Positions 53,369 to 63,623 of a stretch of DNA of 64,000 nucleotides are shown piece after piece (positions within the stretch are counted from its first letter, which is position 1; every line of letters begins with the position of its first letter). Source of the stretch: Elusimicrobiota bacterium (GTDB taxonomy: Bacteria > Elusimicrobiota > Elusimicrobia > UBA1565 > UBA9628); assembly GCA_027319565.1 (NCBI GenBank), contig DAHVNA010000001.1, forward strand, positions 46,806 to 110,805, written 5' to 3'. A model generated the notes under the pieces. The model was not told where the DNA came from. It ran no database searches and saw only the letters and a program-made list of their open reading frames with translations. The translations under genes and the position numbers were made by a program.

Positions 53369-54465
53369 TTTGGCGGATAGATGATTTTTCCAAGAATTCT
53401 AGACCCCCGTGCTCCGGTGGCCGCAGGACAATTATTGGGAAGCCGCTTAAAAGCGCGATAAGCCAGCCAGGCAAAGCAAGCCGCTTCCTTGGCCATGACC
53501 GGCATTCCGCGCTCTTGGGCGCTTATGACTGGGATGGTCTTTAAAGCCAGTGACAATCTCCGCATGAGAAAATGGTTTAAGGCTCCCCCGCCGCTGACAA
53601 TGACCTCGGAGACTTTTTGAGGCGCGAAATCTTGAATAGCTCTTGAGATGGACTCGGCCGTCAAATCAGCTAATGTCGCGAGAACATCGGGCAGATTTTC
53701 CCGGCTTAGTTCGCCAAAACCGTCGTTTAAAAATTTTTCCCCGAATTCATTTCTGTCCAGGGATTTCGGCGGAGATTTCTTGAAGTAAGAAATCTTAAGC
53801 CATTCTTTTATTTTTTCCGGGTTTGATTTTCCCTGCGCGGCCAAAGCTCCGTTTCGGTCCAGCGATTTTTTGCCGGAACTTAGAACTCTCACCGCCAAAT
53901 CCATCAGGCAATTGCCGGGGCCGGTGTCAAAAGAACTCCAGAGCTTGTTTTTGCCCACGAAGCTGAGATTGGCGATGCCGCCGATATTGAGAACGGCGCG
54001 AAGCGGGCCCGATCCGTATAAAAATTGGTCGAAGGCCGCGATTAAAGGCGCTCCTTGTCCGCCGGATGCGATATCCTGGGGCCTAAAATCGGCGATGACG
54101 GGGCAGCGCATTTCTTCCGAGATAAAGGCGGGTTCCCCGATTTGAAAGGTGTTGGGCGGATTGTCCCCGGGGCCGTGCCAAAGCGTTTGGCCGTGGGAGC
54201 CGACAAGATCGATTGGGCGCCCTTTCGATATTTCCCGCGCGGCCTTGGAAAATAGAATTCCAAGAGCGGCGTTGAGGCGAGAGATTTCTTTGATATTGAG
54301 GGTCGATGCGTTGAGGATTTTTTCCCGCAATTCCTTTTTAAACGGAAATGTCTTAAAACGGAGGACTTGAAGGGATTTTTCCGAAATTAAAGTCAGCGCC
54401 GCCGTGATTCCATCGGCGGAAGTGCCGGACATAAGCCCTATGACCTTCATTTTTTTCTGTAACAT
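53365..54465 (-). CDS. anmK: Anhydro-N-acetylmuramic acid kinase
   Basis: KVIGLMSGTSADGI N-terminus, NIGGIAN and DTGPGNCLMD motifs. 366 aa. Confidence 0.9.
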   Translation of the reverse strand: MLQKKMKVIGLMSGTSADGITAALTLISEKSLQVLRFKTFPFKKELREKILNASTLNIKEISRLNAALGILFSKAAREISKGRPIDLVGSHGQTLWHGPGDNPPNTFQIGEPAFISEEMRCPVIADFRPQDIASGGQGAPLIAAFDQFLYGSGPLRAVLNIGGIANLSFVGKNKLWSSFDTGPGNCLMDLAVRVLSSGKKSLDRNGALAAQGKSNPEKIKEWLKISYFKKSPPKSLDRNEFGEKFLNDGFGELSRENLPDVLATLADLTAESISRAIQDFAPQKVSEVIVSGGGALNHFLMRRLSLALKTIPVISAQERGMPVMAKEAACFAWLAYRAFKRLPNNCPAATGARGSRILGKIIYPPK

Positions 54466-54576
54466 TTTTTTTACAAACTTGAAATCTTTTTGTGACGCGC
54501 TTCTGTTAACCTAAATAGTGACGGAACACAACGGTACGACACCACGATGACAACAGCTCACACGCTCCTAAATCTT

Positions 54577-54606
54577 GGCGCCTCTTCAAGAGGCGCCTTT
54601 TCTTTT
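54577..54606 (+). terminator. Plus-strand Rho-independent terminator structure with no annotated plus-strand gene upstream
   Basis: GGCGCCTCTT-c-AAGAGGCGCC (54577-54597), followed by TTTTCTTTT (54598-54606). The hairpin also covers the stop codon of the minus-strand kinase gene. Confidence 0.5.
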
Positions 54607-56145
54607 CATTAAAGGAATCAACAAGGTGACCGTCGTTCCTATCCCAATCTGGCTTTGAATCTTGATATTCCCGCCGTGATTTTGGGCCACTCTTTTGACA
54701 TAGGGAAGCCCAAGCCCGAGCCCCTCGACTTGCCCGGTAAAATAAGCCTCGATTTGGTGAAAACGGTCAAAAACCTTGTCGAGGTCTTCCGGAGGAATTC
54801 CGGGGCCGGAATCGGCGACCGAAAAAAGAGCTTGAGAGGAATCTTCTTTTAATTCAACGGCGATTGATTTTGCTTGAGGCGCGGAAAATTTTACGGCGTT
54901 TTCAATGAGGTTGACCATCGCATTTTTGATTTGAGAAGAATTGGCCAAAACCGAGGGAGAGGCGGTTTTTTGAATGGAGACAGAAAAGTGATTTGTTTTG
55001 ATCAGGGGTTCTGTTTCTTTCAAAGCTTCATCCAAGACTTTTTCGAGAAGAGTCGGTTCAAACTGGACCGTGTCTTCCGGGCTTTCCAGCGAGACATAGC
55101 GCAGAAGTTTGTCGATGAGATTGGCTAATTTTCGTCCTTGTTGCCGGAGTGAATCGAGAAGCGAGGCGGTCGCGGGCCGGGCGTTTTCTTTGAGCTCTTC
55201 CGTCAAAAGATCGGTAAATCCCAGGATCGAAGACAGGGGGGTTCTGAGTTTGTGAGAGATAAAGGAAAGAAATGTTCTTTTGATGGATTCTTGACGCCTT
55301 AGTTCGGTCTCATCTCGAAATACGTAGAGAAAGACCGGCTTTTCTTTGGCGTCAGAGTTTTTATTTTTAATGGGGGTTGCCAGTCCGCCTAGAATGAGGG
55401 GCTTGATTTCTTTTCTTTCGGCGGTGAAGTGGACCGGCCCGGTCTCTAGGCGCCTTGAAATTTCAGGCCAGGATGGAAACAATGTCCATTGGCTAAAGAG
55501 TTCGTTTAAATCGGAGCGTCCGCCCAAAAATTTCTTGGCGGCGCGGTTGGCAATCAAAATGCGGCTTTTCTCATCGGTTAGAATCGCTCCATCGGACATC
55601 TCGACAAAGACGATATCCAATTTTTGGCGTTCGTCTTCAAGCGAGGCGAAAAGCCGGGCGTTTTCAAGGGCGACGGCGGCTTGAGCGGCGAGGGCTTCCA
55701 GAAGTTCGGCGTCATTGGAAGTAAAGGCTCCGGTTTTTTTGTTAATCGCTTCAATAACCCCCAGAATACGCTCTTGACGCATCATTGGAACGGCTAGAAT
55801 GGAACGGGTAGAAAATCCGGAGAGGTGGTCCATTTTGGGAGACCAGCGGGAATCTAAATGGACATCGGTAATGAGAAGCGGTTTTTTGTCGGCGGCGACC
55901 GCGCCCGCGATTCCCTGTCCTATTTTAAGCCTTATTTTTTTCGCTTCTTCTCCCAGGCCCAAGCCGATGTCAAAATAGAGCTCTTGGGTTTCGGAATCAA
56001 GCAAAAGTAAAGACGCGCTCTCGGCGTTAGCCACTTCCGCGGAAAGTTTGGTGATTGCGCGCAAAAGATTGCCGATATCTAAATTGGAAGCGAGAAGCCG
56101 TCCCGCTTCCAGGACTTTTTTCCAAGACTCTTTATCTTCCATCAA
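54586..56145 (-). CDS. GAF-domain sensor histidine kinase
   Basis: N-terminal GAF (LLLLDSETQELYF...GIAGAVA...). H-box SHKLRTPLSSI, N box LIENAVKFS and G box GLGLGLPYVKRVAQ. Confidence 0.85.
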   Translation of the reverse strand: MMEDKESWKKVLEAGRLLASNLDIGNLLRAITKLSAEVANAESASLLLLDSETQELYFDIGLGLGEEAKKIRLKIGQGIAGAVAADKKPLLITDVHLDSRWSPKMDHLSGFSTRSILAVPMMRQERILGVIEAINKKTGAFTSNDAELLEALAAQAAVALENARLFASLEDERQKLDIVFVEMSDGAILTDEKSRILIANRAAKKFLGGRSDLNELFSQWTLFPSWPEISRRLETGPVHFTAERKEIKPLILGGLATPIKNKNSDAKEKPVFLYVFRDETELRRQESIKRTFLSFISHKLRTPLSSILGFTDLLTEELKENARPATASLLDSLRQQGRKLANLIDKLLRYVSLESPEDTVQFEPTLLEKVLDEALKETEPLIKTNHFSVSIQKTASPSVLANSSQIKNAMVNLIENAVKFSAPQAKSIAVELKEDSSQALFSVADSGPGIPPEDLDKVFDRFHQIEAYFTGQVEGLGLGLPYVKRVAQNHGGNIKIQSQIGIGTTVTLLIPLMKRKGAS

Positions 56146-56197
56146 AGGCTATTATGATACTTTCCAAAGACTTAGTAAAATGAAAAAGGCTTAAGAC

Positions 56198-57406
56198 ATG
56201 GAAAAAACAAATCGGTTTTTGCTTTGGGTCTTTTTAGTGGGGATTAGTTCCGCCGTCTGCGGCGCGGCCTATCTCGCCGTTCTCAAAAAACTTTTTTCGT
56301 GGATTGGCCCGGACGCCTGGGCCTCTAGTCGGATCGTCCATGGCCTTCTTTTGATTGGGGCCGGAATCGCGATTGCGTCTTTGGAGCGCTGGGCGGGGCC
56401 TTCCGGAAACGTCGAGATGCTGGTCGACAATATCCATGAGATGGGAGGAAACCGGGACCGAAAAAATCTTTTGTCTCTGATCCCATCCTCTTTGATTTCA
56501 ATCGCGGTGGGGGGCGCGATGGGGCCGGAGGCGCCCTTGGTTCAAACGACCGGTTCCTTGGGAAGCTGGTTCGCGGACATGAAAGGCCTGAGCGTCTCCG
56601 AAAAAAGGACGTTAACGATCACCGGCATGGCCGCCGGCTTTACCGTTTTATTTGGCGTCCCTTTGGGAGCGAGCCTTTTCGCTCTTGAGATTTTGCATCG
56701 CCGCGGCATGGAGTATTACGAGTCTCTTCTCCCCGCGATTTGGGGATCTTTGTGCGGGTACTGCGCCTATGCCGCGCTGACAAGATTGGATTTAAGCCCT
56801 GTCTGGTCTTTTTCGTATCCCATTGACGCGCTTCATTTGCGCGATTTGGTTTTTTCCGTCTTGTGCGGAATTCTCGCCGCCTTGGCGGCTGTGGCCTTTA
56901 TCTTTTCCAACCGCGTTTTAAGCCGATTTTTCAAAGCCCTGCCTCTGTTTGTCCGAGGAGCTTTAGGCGGACTGATTCTCGCCCTTTTGGCTTTTTTATC
57001 TCCTTACGCGTTGACCTTTGGAGAATATCAAATGAACGGCCTGGCCGTCGCCGCGCCGGCGGCGTCTTTTTTCGTTCTCGCTTTCGCCGCTAAATTCATG
57101 GGGACATCGACGACATTTTCCGCGGGCTGGAAGGGGGGCTTTATCATTCCGCTTTTTTTTATGGGCGCGGCGTTGGGGAGATTATTGCATCTGGGTTTTC
57201 CAGCGACCCAGGAGGTTCTGCTGGTCGCGTCCTTGATGGCGGCCTTAAACGCCGCGGTGACCAAGACGCCCTTGGGATCGGTCTTGGTGGTCACCGAAAT
57301 GACGGGGATCCGGATTTTCCCTACGACCGTTCTCTCGGTCATGCTGGCGATGCTTTTAACGAGCCGTATAGGGCTTATTGAAAGTCAGCGCCCGCGAGAA
57401 AATTAG
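56198..57406 (+). CDS. ClC-family voltage-gated chloride channel / H+-Cl- antiporter homolog
   Basis: 402 aa, about 10-11 TM. GGAMGPEAP (the GxEGP-like selectivity motif region) and GVPLGASLFALEIL. Confidence 0.82.
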   Translation: MEKTNRFLLWVFLVGISSAVCGAAYLAVLKKLFSWIGPDAWASSRIVHGLLLIGAGIAIASLERWAGPSGNVEMLVDNIHEMGGNRDRKNLLSLIPSSLISIAVGGAMGPEAPLVQTTGSLGSWFADMKGLSVSEKRTLTITGMAAGFTVLFGVPLGASLFALEILHRRGMEYYESLLPAIWGSLCGYCAYAALTRLDLSPVWSFSYPIDALHLRDLVFSVLCGILAALAAVAFIFSNRVLSRFFKALPLFVRGALGGLILALLAFLSPYALTFGEYQMNGLAVAAPAASFFVLAFAAKFMGTSTTFSAGWKGGFIIPLFFMGAALGRLLHLGFPATQEVLLVASLMAALNAAVTKTPLGSVLVVTEMTGIRIFPTTVLSVMLAMLLTSRIGLIESQRPREN

Positions 57407-57412
57407 GTGGTT

Positions 57413-57910
57413 TTATAGCACGCTTTCGATTTTTTGGATGAGTTCCTTGGACAAAGGTTCTACTTGTGGGCCGAAGCGATCGGCGACATTCCCTTTGCGG
57501 TCCACCAAAAATTTCGTGAAATTCCAGGGGATCTCGCCGTTGTGTCCGGATTCCGTGGTTAAAAATTCATACAAGGGGTGAATTCCTTCGCCCTTGACCT
57601 TAATTTTGGCGAACAAATCGAAGCTGACGGAATATTTGGTTCGGCAGAAATGGGCGATTTCTTGATTGCTTCCGGGTTCTTGTTGCCCAAACTCATTGGC
57701 GGGGAAAGCTAAAATTTTAAATCCCCGGTTTGAGAATTGTCGGTAGAGTTTTTCAAGGCCTTCATATTGTGGAGTGTATCCACAGAGGGAAGCGACATTG
57801 ACGATCAAAAGCGCTTTTCCCTCATAGTCGGACAAGGATTTTTTTTGCCCGTCAATCGTGTCAACAGTAAAATGATAAATTTTTCCCGCTTCCGCCGTTT
57901 TTTCGCCCAT
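57413..57910 (-). CDS. Glutathione peroxidase (Cys-type)
   Basis: LLIVNVASLCGYTPQYEGLEKLY, ILAFPANEFGQQEPG and WNFTKFLVDRKG. The ATG at 57910 is preferred over the upstream ORF-track start. Confidence 0.9.
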   Translation of the reverse strand: MGEKTAEAGKIYHFTVDTIDGQKKSLSDYEGKALLIVNVASLCGYTPQYEGLEKLYRQFSNRGFKILAFPANEFGQQEPGSNQEIAHFCRTKYSVSFDLFAKIKVKGEGIHPLYEFLTTESGHNGEIPWNFTKFLVDRKGNVADRFGPQVEPLSKELIQKIESVL

Positions 57911-58072
57911 AAGTTTTCCCCTGATTTTTCTGATTTTCTCTTTTGTTCCAAAAACGAGATTGCCGATTATAAGAGCGGCGCGCGTTCCGGCATTATTTTC
58001 CATATCTCAACCGCGTCAACTAGAGACGAACGCCTCTATTTTATATAATGAGAGAGTCCTTTGGATAATTTC

Positions 58073-58146
58073 GCGGGCGTGGTTCAATGGTAGAACGGGT
58101 CCTTGCCAAGGATCAGACGAGGGTTCGATTCCCTTCGCCCGCTCCA
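58073..58146 (+). tRNA. tRNA-Gly (anticodon GCC), CCA encoded
   Basis: Hand-folded cloverleaf. Acceptor GCGGGCG/CGCCCGC, D arm GTTC-AATGGTA-GAAC, anticodon arm GGTCC-TTGCCAA-GGATC, T arm GAGGG-TTCGATT-CCCTT, discriminator T, then CCA. Confidence 0.93.
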
Positions 58147-58260
58147 GATTTTAAGTTCCGTAATTTCCTATCTTAAGAAAGATTGCCGTGCATCAACTGC
58201 GTCACTCGATGCCTTCAAGCGGGATCCAGGTTCCTGACGCACGGGGTTTGGCGGTCTAAT

Positions 58261-58572
58261 CTAGGTGCGCTCAACCTCGATTCCGAATTCGCCGTCTTCC
58301 TCATGGACGTGAAGCGTCAGCGCCCGGCAACAGACTTGACAGTCCTCGTAGAGAACTTGCCCCGCGTCGTCTGAGGAAACCTTAATTTCAAAACTTTCAT
58401 CGCAATAGGGACATTCAACCAGAACATCTTGTTCCAAGACCTCGTCCCCGGATTGAGTGGATATTTCTTCAAGGACCGATTCGAGAACCTGTCCATTAGG
58501 GGGAAAGGCCTCCGGCTTGGATTTTTGTTTTTCTTTTTTCGCGCGGCTTGCGGTTTTAGTTTTGCTTTTCAT
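58261..58572 (-). CDS. CPXCG-motif zinc-ribbon protein with a lysine-rich N-terminal tail
   Basis: MKSKTKTASRAKKEKQKSK..., then VECPYCDESFE and YEDCQVCCRAL cysteine pairs. The ATG at 58572 is preceded by AAGAGG. Confidence 0.7.
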   Translation of the reverse strand: MKSKTKTASRAKKEKQKSKPEAFPPNGQVLESVLEEISTQSGDEVLEQDVLVECPYCDESFEIKVSSDDAGQVLYEDCQVCCRALTLHVHEEDGEFGIEVERT

Positions 58573-58687
58573 CTCGTCACCTCTTTTTCGCCTCTTTTGA
58601 AATATAATGCAGGAACTGATTTCGCGCAAGACCCAGAAAGGACCTAGTCTCAATAAAATGGTAATATCGAAAAATAAGGAGAAAATC

Positions 58688-61414
58688 ATGGCCCCGATAT
58701 CGAAAGACAGTTTTAAAGCGGCTTCAATTCTAAAGGTAGGCGGCAAAAAATATCGCTACTATTCCTTGGAGGCTTTGTCGGAAAAAGGCTTTGACTTGTC
58801 TAGCCTGCCTTTTTCGCTTAAAATTTTCCTTGAGAATCTTTTGCGTCGGGAAGATGGGCAAAGCGTCACGGCTTTGGATATCGAAGCCTTGGCGGGATGG
58901 AAGAAAAAATCTCCGGTCGGGCGCGAGGCCTTTTTCATGCCGGCCCGCGTTTTGATGCAGGATTTTACCGGAGTTCCCGCGATTGTCGATCTGGCCGCGA
59001 TGCGGGACGCCGTTAAATCCCGCGGCGGAGATCCGCGCGCGATCAACCCCTTGATTCCGGTTGATTTGGTCATCGATCATTCCGTCCAGGTCGATTTTTT
59101 TGGAACCAAAGACGCGCTTTTAAAAAATTCCGAGATGGAGTTTAATCGCAATCAAGAGCGTTATTCTTTCTTAAAGTGGGGGCAAAAAGCATTCCGGGAT
59201 TTTCGCGTCGTTCCGCCGGAGACCGGAATATGCCATCAGGTCAATCTTGAGTATTTGGCGAAAGTCGTTTGGACAGGTAAAACGGAAGGCGGAGAAACTC
59301 TCGCCTATCCCGATTCCTTGATCGGCACCGATTCTCACACGACGATGATTAACGGGCTTGGCGTTTTGGGTTGGGGAGTGGGCGGAATAGAGGCTGAAGC
59401 CGCGATGCTGGGACAATCCTTGTCCATGCTGATTCCGGAAGTGATCGGCTTTAAACTCACGGGGCGGCTTTCTGCCGGGGCCACCGCCACCGACGCGGTT
59501 TTGACCGCGACCGAGATGCTGCGTAAAAAAGGAGTGGTCGGAAAATTCGTCGAGTTTTACGGGCCGGGCCTGTCGAATCTTTCCGTCGCCGATCGCGCGA
59601 CCTTGGCCAATATGGCTCCGGAATACGGCGCGACCGTGGGCTTTTTCCCGGTTGATGATCAGACCCTCAAATATCTCCATTTGACCGGGAGAACAGATGA
59701 GGAAATCGCCTTGATTGAAGCCTATTGCCGCAAGCAAGGGATGTTTAGAACCGACGAAAGCCCCGAGCCCCATTTCTCAAGCGTTCTTTCCTTGGATTTG
59801 GGAACGGTCGAGGCCTGCTTGGCCGGCCCCAAAAGGCCGCAGGACCGGGTTTTATTGTCCGAGGTCAAAAAATCATGGAACGCGGCCCTGTCTTCCCTTA
59901 TAAAGGAAAAAGACAAGAAGGGAAATCTCCCGGCGCCGCTGGGAACGGAAGTTGAAATTAGTCTTGATGGGCGTCCCGCCAAGATCGCCCACGGAACGGT
60001 TTCCATCGCGGCCATTACCTCTTGCACGAATACCTCAAACCCTGCGGTTCTGATCGCCGCCGGGCTTCTCGCCCAAAAAGCCGTTCAAAAAGGGCTTAAG
60101 ACCAAGCCCTGGGTTAAAACCAGCCTCGCCCCGGGCTCAAAAGCGGTCGCGGAATATTTGCGCGCTTCCGGGCTTTCAAAATATTTGGATGAACTCGGAT
60201 TTCAATTGGTGGGATATGGCTGCACGACCTGCATTGGAAATTCCGGCCCCTTGCCCGATGCGGTGGCAAAGGCGGTGTCGGAGAAAAATTTAATCGTCGC
60301 CGCGGTTTTATCCGGAAACCGCAATTTCGAAGGACGCGTCAACGCCTTGGTCAAGGCCAATTATTTGGCTTCTCCGCCCTTGGTCGTGGCCTATGCCCTG
60401 GCGGGAAGTATTGACATCAATTTAAGAGCCGAGCCCCTGGGCCAGGATAAAAACGGGGCTCCGGTTTATCTCAAGGATATTTGGCCGACCCATGAGGAAA
60501 TCACGGCCTTGTCCGAGGAACATGTCAAAAGAGAGCTTTTCACGAAAGCCTATGCCGATGTTTTTTCCGGAGGGAAAAACTGGCGGGCGATTTCCGTTCC
60601 TCAAAGCGAGCTTTACGATTGGCAGGAAAACTCAACCTATATCCGCCGCGCCCCTTATTTCGAGCAGTCCAAAACGGTTCAGGCCGATATCGCCGGCGCG
60701 CGCGTCTTGGCGGTTTTTGGAGATTCCATCACCACCGATCATATCTCGCCCGCGGGCTCTTTCCCGAAAGATTCTCCGGCGGGGCAGTATTTAGATGAGC
60801 GCTTGGTTTCCGTCAAGGACTTTAACTCCTACGGCTCTCGCCGGGGCAATCACGAGATCATGATGCGCGGAACTTTCGCCAACACCCGGATCAAGAATCT
60901 CATGCTCGACACTTCCGGCGGATATACCCTGATTTTGCCGGAGAAAAAACAAGCCGCGATTTTTGACGCCGCCGAGGAATATCGAAAGCGAAATATCCCT
61001 CTCATTGTTTTAGCGGGGAAAGAATACGGTTCCGGCTCCAGCCGCGACTGGGCGGCTAAGGGCCCGGCGCTTTTGGGGGTCAAAGCCGTCATAGCCCAAA
61101 GTTTCGAGCGCATTCACCGCTCCAATTTAGTTGGCATGGGGATTTTGCCCTTGGAGTTTTTAGCCGGACAAAGCCTTCAAACCCTGGGGCTTACCGGCTT
61201 TGAGACTTTTGAAATTAAAGGTATCGAAAGTCTCAGGCCGAAAAAGGAATTGTCCGTCCGCGCTCAAGACTTAAGCGGAAAAACGACCGAGTTTAAGGTC
61301 TTGGCCCGCATTGACACCGCGGTCGAGCTTGAATACTGGAAATCCGGCGGGATTTTGCCATATGTCCTTGAACAAATTCTCAGCCAAGGCCAAAAACAAC
61401 CCGCGCGGGTTTGA
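58688..61414 (+). CDS. acnA: Aconitate hydratase A
   Basis: LMQDFTGVPAIVDLAAMR, IGTDSHTTMINGLG, ITSCTNTSNP, GCTTCIGNSG, GNRNFEGR and SGSSRDWAAKG motifs. The ATG at 58688 has an AAGGAG RBS. Confidence 0.95.
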   Translation: MAPISKDSFKAASILKVGGKKYRYYSLEALSEKGFDLSSLPFSLKIFLENLLRREDGQSVTALDIEALAGWKKKSPVGREAFFMPARVLMQDFTGVPAIVDLAAMRDAVKSRGGDPRAINPLIPVDLVIDHSVQVDFFGTKDALLKNSEMEFNRNQERYSFLKWGQKAFRDFRVVPPETGICHQVNLEYLAKVVWTGKTEGGETLAYPDSLIGTDSHTTMINGLGVLGWGVGGIEAEAAMLGQSLSMLIPEVIGFKLTGRLSAGATATDAVLTATEMLRKKGVVGKFVEFYGPGLSNLSVADRATLANMAPEYGATVGFFPVDDQTLKYLHLTGRTDEEIALIEAYCRKQGMFRTDESPEPHFSSVLSLDLGTVEACLAGPKRPQDRVLLSEVKKSWNAALSSLIKEKDKKGNLPAPLGTEVEISLDGRPAKIAHGTVSIAAITSCTNTSNPAVLIAAGLLAQKAVQKGLKTKPWVKTSLAPGSKAVAEYLRASGLSKYLDELGFQLVGYGCTTCIGNSGPLPDAVAKAVSEKNLIVAAVLSGNRNFEGRVNALVKANYLASPPLVVAYALAGSIDINLRAEPLGQDKNGAPVYLKDIWPTHEEITALSEEHVKRELFTKAYADVFSGGKNWRAISVPQSELYDWQENSTYIRRAPYFEQSKTVQADIAGARVLAVFGDSITTDHISPAGSFPKDSPAGQYLDERLVSVKDFNSYGSRRGNHEIMMRGTFANTRIKNLMLDTSGGYTLILPEKKQAAIFDAAEEYRKRNIPLIVLAGKEYGSGSSRDWAAKGPALLGVKAVIAQSFERIHRSNLVGMGILPLEFLAGQSLQTLGLTGFETFEIKGIESLRPKKELSVRAQDLSGKTTEFKVLARIDTAVELEYWKSGGILPYVLEQILSQGQKQPARV

Positions 61415-61421
61415 TTTAGAC

Positions 61422-61838
61422 TTAAATTTGGCCAAGGGCTTTAAGCCACTCGGGGGGTGGAGCGATGAGCTTGCGCTCTTTTAGATCGAATAGGGCAAAG
61501 ACAAATTCCGCCCTGCACGCGATTTTCCCGTCTTCTTGGAGTATGACCTGCTCCATTCGCGCGATTTTGCCGCGATAATCCAGACATTTCGAGCGGATGA
61601 TGACGGACTCACGATTTCTAAGTTCTCTCTGAAAGCGCAAATGCGCCTCTAAAACCACCGGGCCGATTTGGCGTTTTTGGATTTCATCCCTGCCGAATCC
61701 ATTTTTCGTGATTAAGTCCCAACGGGCCTCCTCGAAAATCTCGAGATAAACGGCGTTGTTGACATGCCCAAAGGCGTCGAGATGGCGTTCCAAGATTGTC
61801 AGAGGATACTCATGCGCGAGGGCGGGCTTATCTTTCAT
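61422..61838 (-). CDS. Acyl-CoA thioesterase, hotdog fold (YbgC/4HBT family)
   Basis: 138 aa. ...LDAFGHVNNAVYLEIFEEARWDL... is typical of 4HBT-type thioesterases. Confidence 0.8.
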   Translation of the reverse strand: MKDKPALAHEYPLTILERHLDAFGHVNNAVYLEIFEEARWDLITKNGFGRDEIQKRQIGPVVLEAHLRFQRELRNRESVIIRSKCLDYRGKIARMEQVILQEDGKIACRAEFVFALFDLKERKLIAPPPEWLKALGQI

Positions 61839-61839
61839 C

Positions 61840-62439
61840 TTATCTTCTCCACCAACTCAAGACGATCGCGCTTCCAAGGGGAAGCCAGAGATTGTCGTTA
61901 AAGTAGGCGGTAGTCGGCAGAAATTCAAGCGCGGTTCCAATTGCCGCGGCCACGAGAGAGGCAAAGAGCGGAAAGCCGAAAGAAAGACAGACAAGAGCGC
62001 AAACCAAAAAGCAGGCGATACTTCCCTCAAGGGATTTGTGCCCGCCAAAAATTTTATGCGTTCCAAAAGTTTTTCCGATTAAGGCGGCCAAGGCGTCTCC
62101 CAGGGCCGCGCAAAAAAGAGAGGCCGAGACGATTTTTGGGTTTTTTCCAAAAAAGGAAATCACGATTAAAGCTCCGGCGGCGGTGTAAAAAGCGCCGCTG
62201 TAGCGGGTTTTTTCCTCGGGGCGAGAGAGACCTCTAAAGAGTTGGATTAAAAATTCGTTGAGCTTGGGAAAATAGAGCCGAGAGGCCTCTAGGAACATCA
62301 GAAATAGCGTCCATATCAGTAGCCACCTGGTAATGCGCGGATAACCAAGCAGAAAATAAGCCGCCAGATAAGCCAAGGACAAAAGGTGAAAGGCTTTTCT
62401 TCTGATTTCGAGGGACAGTTCGCTTTTTGAGACCGACAT
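61840..62439 (-). CDS. Membrane protein of the CTP-dependent polyprenol/diacylglycerol kinase - cytidylyltransferase superfamily
   Basis: 199 aa, about 6 TM. RRKAFHL near the N-terminus and GDALAALIGKTFG...KSLEGS resemble dolichol/phytol kinase and CdsA-like motifs. Confidence 0.5.
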   Translation of the reverse strand: MSVSKSELSLEIRRKAFHLLSLAYLAAYFLLGYPRITRWLLIWTLFLMFLEASRLYFPKLNEFLIQLFRGLSRPEEKTRYSGAFYTAAGALIVISFFGKNPKIVSASLFCAALGDALAALIGKTFGTHKIFGGHKSLEGSIACFLVCALVCLSFGFPLFASLVAAAIGTALEFLPTTAYFNDNLWLPLGSAIVLSWWRR

Positions 62440-62462
62440 TGAGATTCTCTTTTATTGAAATT

Positions 62463-63623
62463 TTATTTAAACCGCGACAGGCGAAAGCGCTGAAGATTGA
62501 GGCTGGGTTTACCGCTTAGAATCCAGTCCGATAAAATTTTTCCAATAGCGGGGGAGACGGAAAAGCCCTTTCCGTTAAACCCGGCCGCGATAAAAGCGTT
62601 CGGAAATTTTTTTAAGCGGTCGATGATAAAATCTCCGTCCTTGGTCGCGTCAAAATGGCAAAGAGAGGTCTCGGATTCTGAGTAGGAGGCGATGTCCGGG
62701 ATGTGTTTTTTGAGAAAGGCCCGGCATTTTTTTTCGACAGAGGGCGGCGGGGCTTTTGACTTTTCCTCATCGGGATCGCCCAAAGGCCCGGGTTTGTAAT
62801 CGACCAGTTTCATGTATCCGTGAACATGCATCGGGAATCCGCAAAAGCCCGAAGAGTTTAGGCGAAAAGCCGAGAAGTGTTCCAGGCGAAATCGCCCGGG
62901 ATTTTGCGGGGGCTTGAGATAAATCTGAAATTGCCGGGTCGGGCGAAGAGGAATGCGGTAATTCTTGAGAATTTTAGGGCTCCAGATTCCGGTCGTAAAA
63001 ATGAAATTTTCAGCGGTCCAGATTTTTCCGTTTGAGTCCTTAACGCCCTTGAGCTTGCCGGATTTGTCCTCAATTAAACTGACAATCTTGACCCGCCCGT
63101 TAACCAGGGTTCCTTCTTTTTGAGCGAGGCTCGCAATCAGTGAAAGAGCCCTCTGAGCCCAGATAAATCCGCCGTCGGGATGAAAAAGAGCGCCTTTAAG
63201 CGCTTTCGCGTTAAAGACGGCGTGTTCTCGGCCGAGATCCTTTTTGTCGATCCATTCCGCGCGGATTTTCATTTTTTTTAGAGTCTCAAGGCTGTGCGTC
63301 TCAAATCCGGGGGTTTTGTTGGCTAGGTCAAGAAACCCGGTCTGGGAAAAAATAGTTTGTCCGCTCTCGGCGTTGAGTTTAAGCCAGAAGGGAAGAGACA
63401 TTCGGGCTAATTCCGTGTAAAAAGAGTCTTTGCCATAAGTGAGGTAAAAGGCCCGCATGTGGTCGCCCGAGGGGGCCTTGAAATTGGGAATGTCGGCCTG
63501 ATCTAAAACGGCGACCTTTTTCCGATTGGAACTGAGCCAATAGGCACTTGAGAGCCCGACGATTCCCCCTCCGATAATAAGGACGTCTAGCTTGGGAGAA
63601 ACGGTCTGGCTAAGGGTTTTCAT
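62463..63623 (-). CDS. FAD-dependent oxidoreductase (DAO family, sarcosine/glycine-oxidase-like)
   Basis: [18 protein letters not shown] Rossmann motif. 386 aa. ATGA overlap with the upstream etfA-like gene. Confidence 0.8.
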   Translation of the reverse strand: MKTLSQTVSPKLDVLIIGGGIVGLSSAYWLSSNRKKVAVLDQADIPNFKAPSGDHMRAFYLTYGKDSFYTELARMSLPFWLKLNAESGQTIFSQTGFLDLANKTPGFETHSLETLKKMKIRAEWIDKKDLGREHAVFNAKALKGALFHPDGGFIWAQRALSLIASLAQKEGTLVNGRVKIVSLIEDKSGKLKGVKDSNGKIWTAENFIFTTGIWSPKILKNYRIPLRPTRQFQIYLKPPQNPGRFRLEHFSAFRLNSSGFCGFPMHVHGYMKLVDYKPGPLGDPDEEKSKAPPPSVEKKCRAFLKKHIPDIASYSESETSLCHFDATKDGDFIIDRLKKFPNAFIAAGFNGKGFSVSPAIGKILSDWILSGKPSLNLQRFRLSRFK

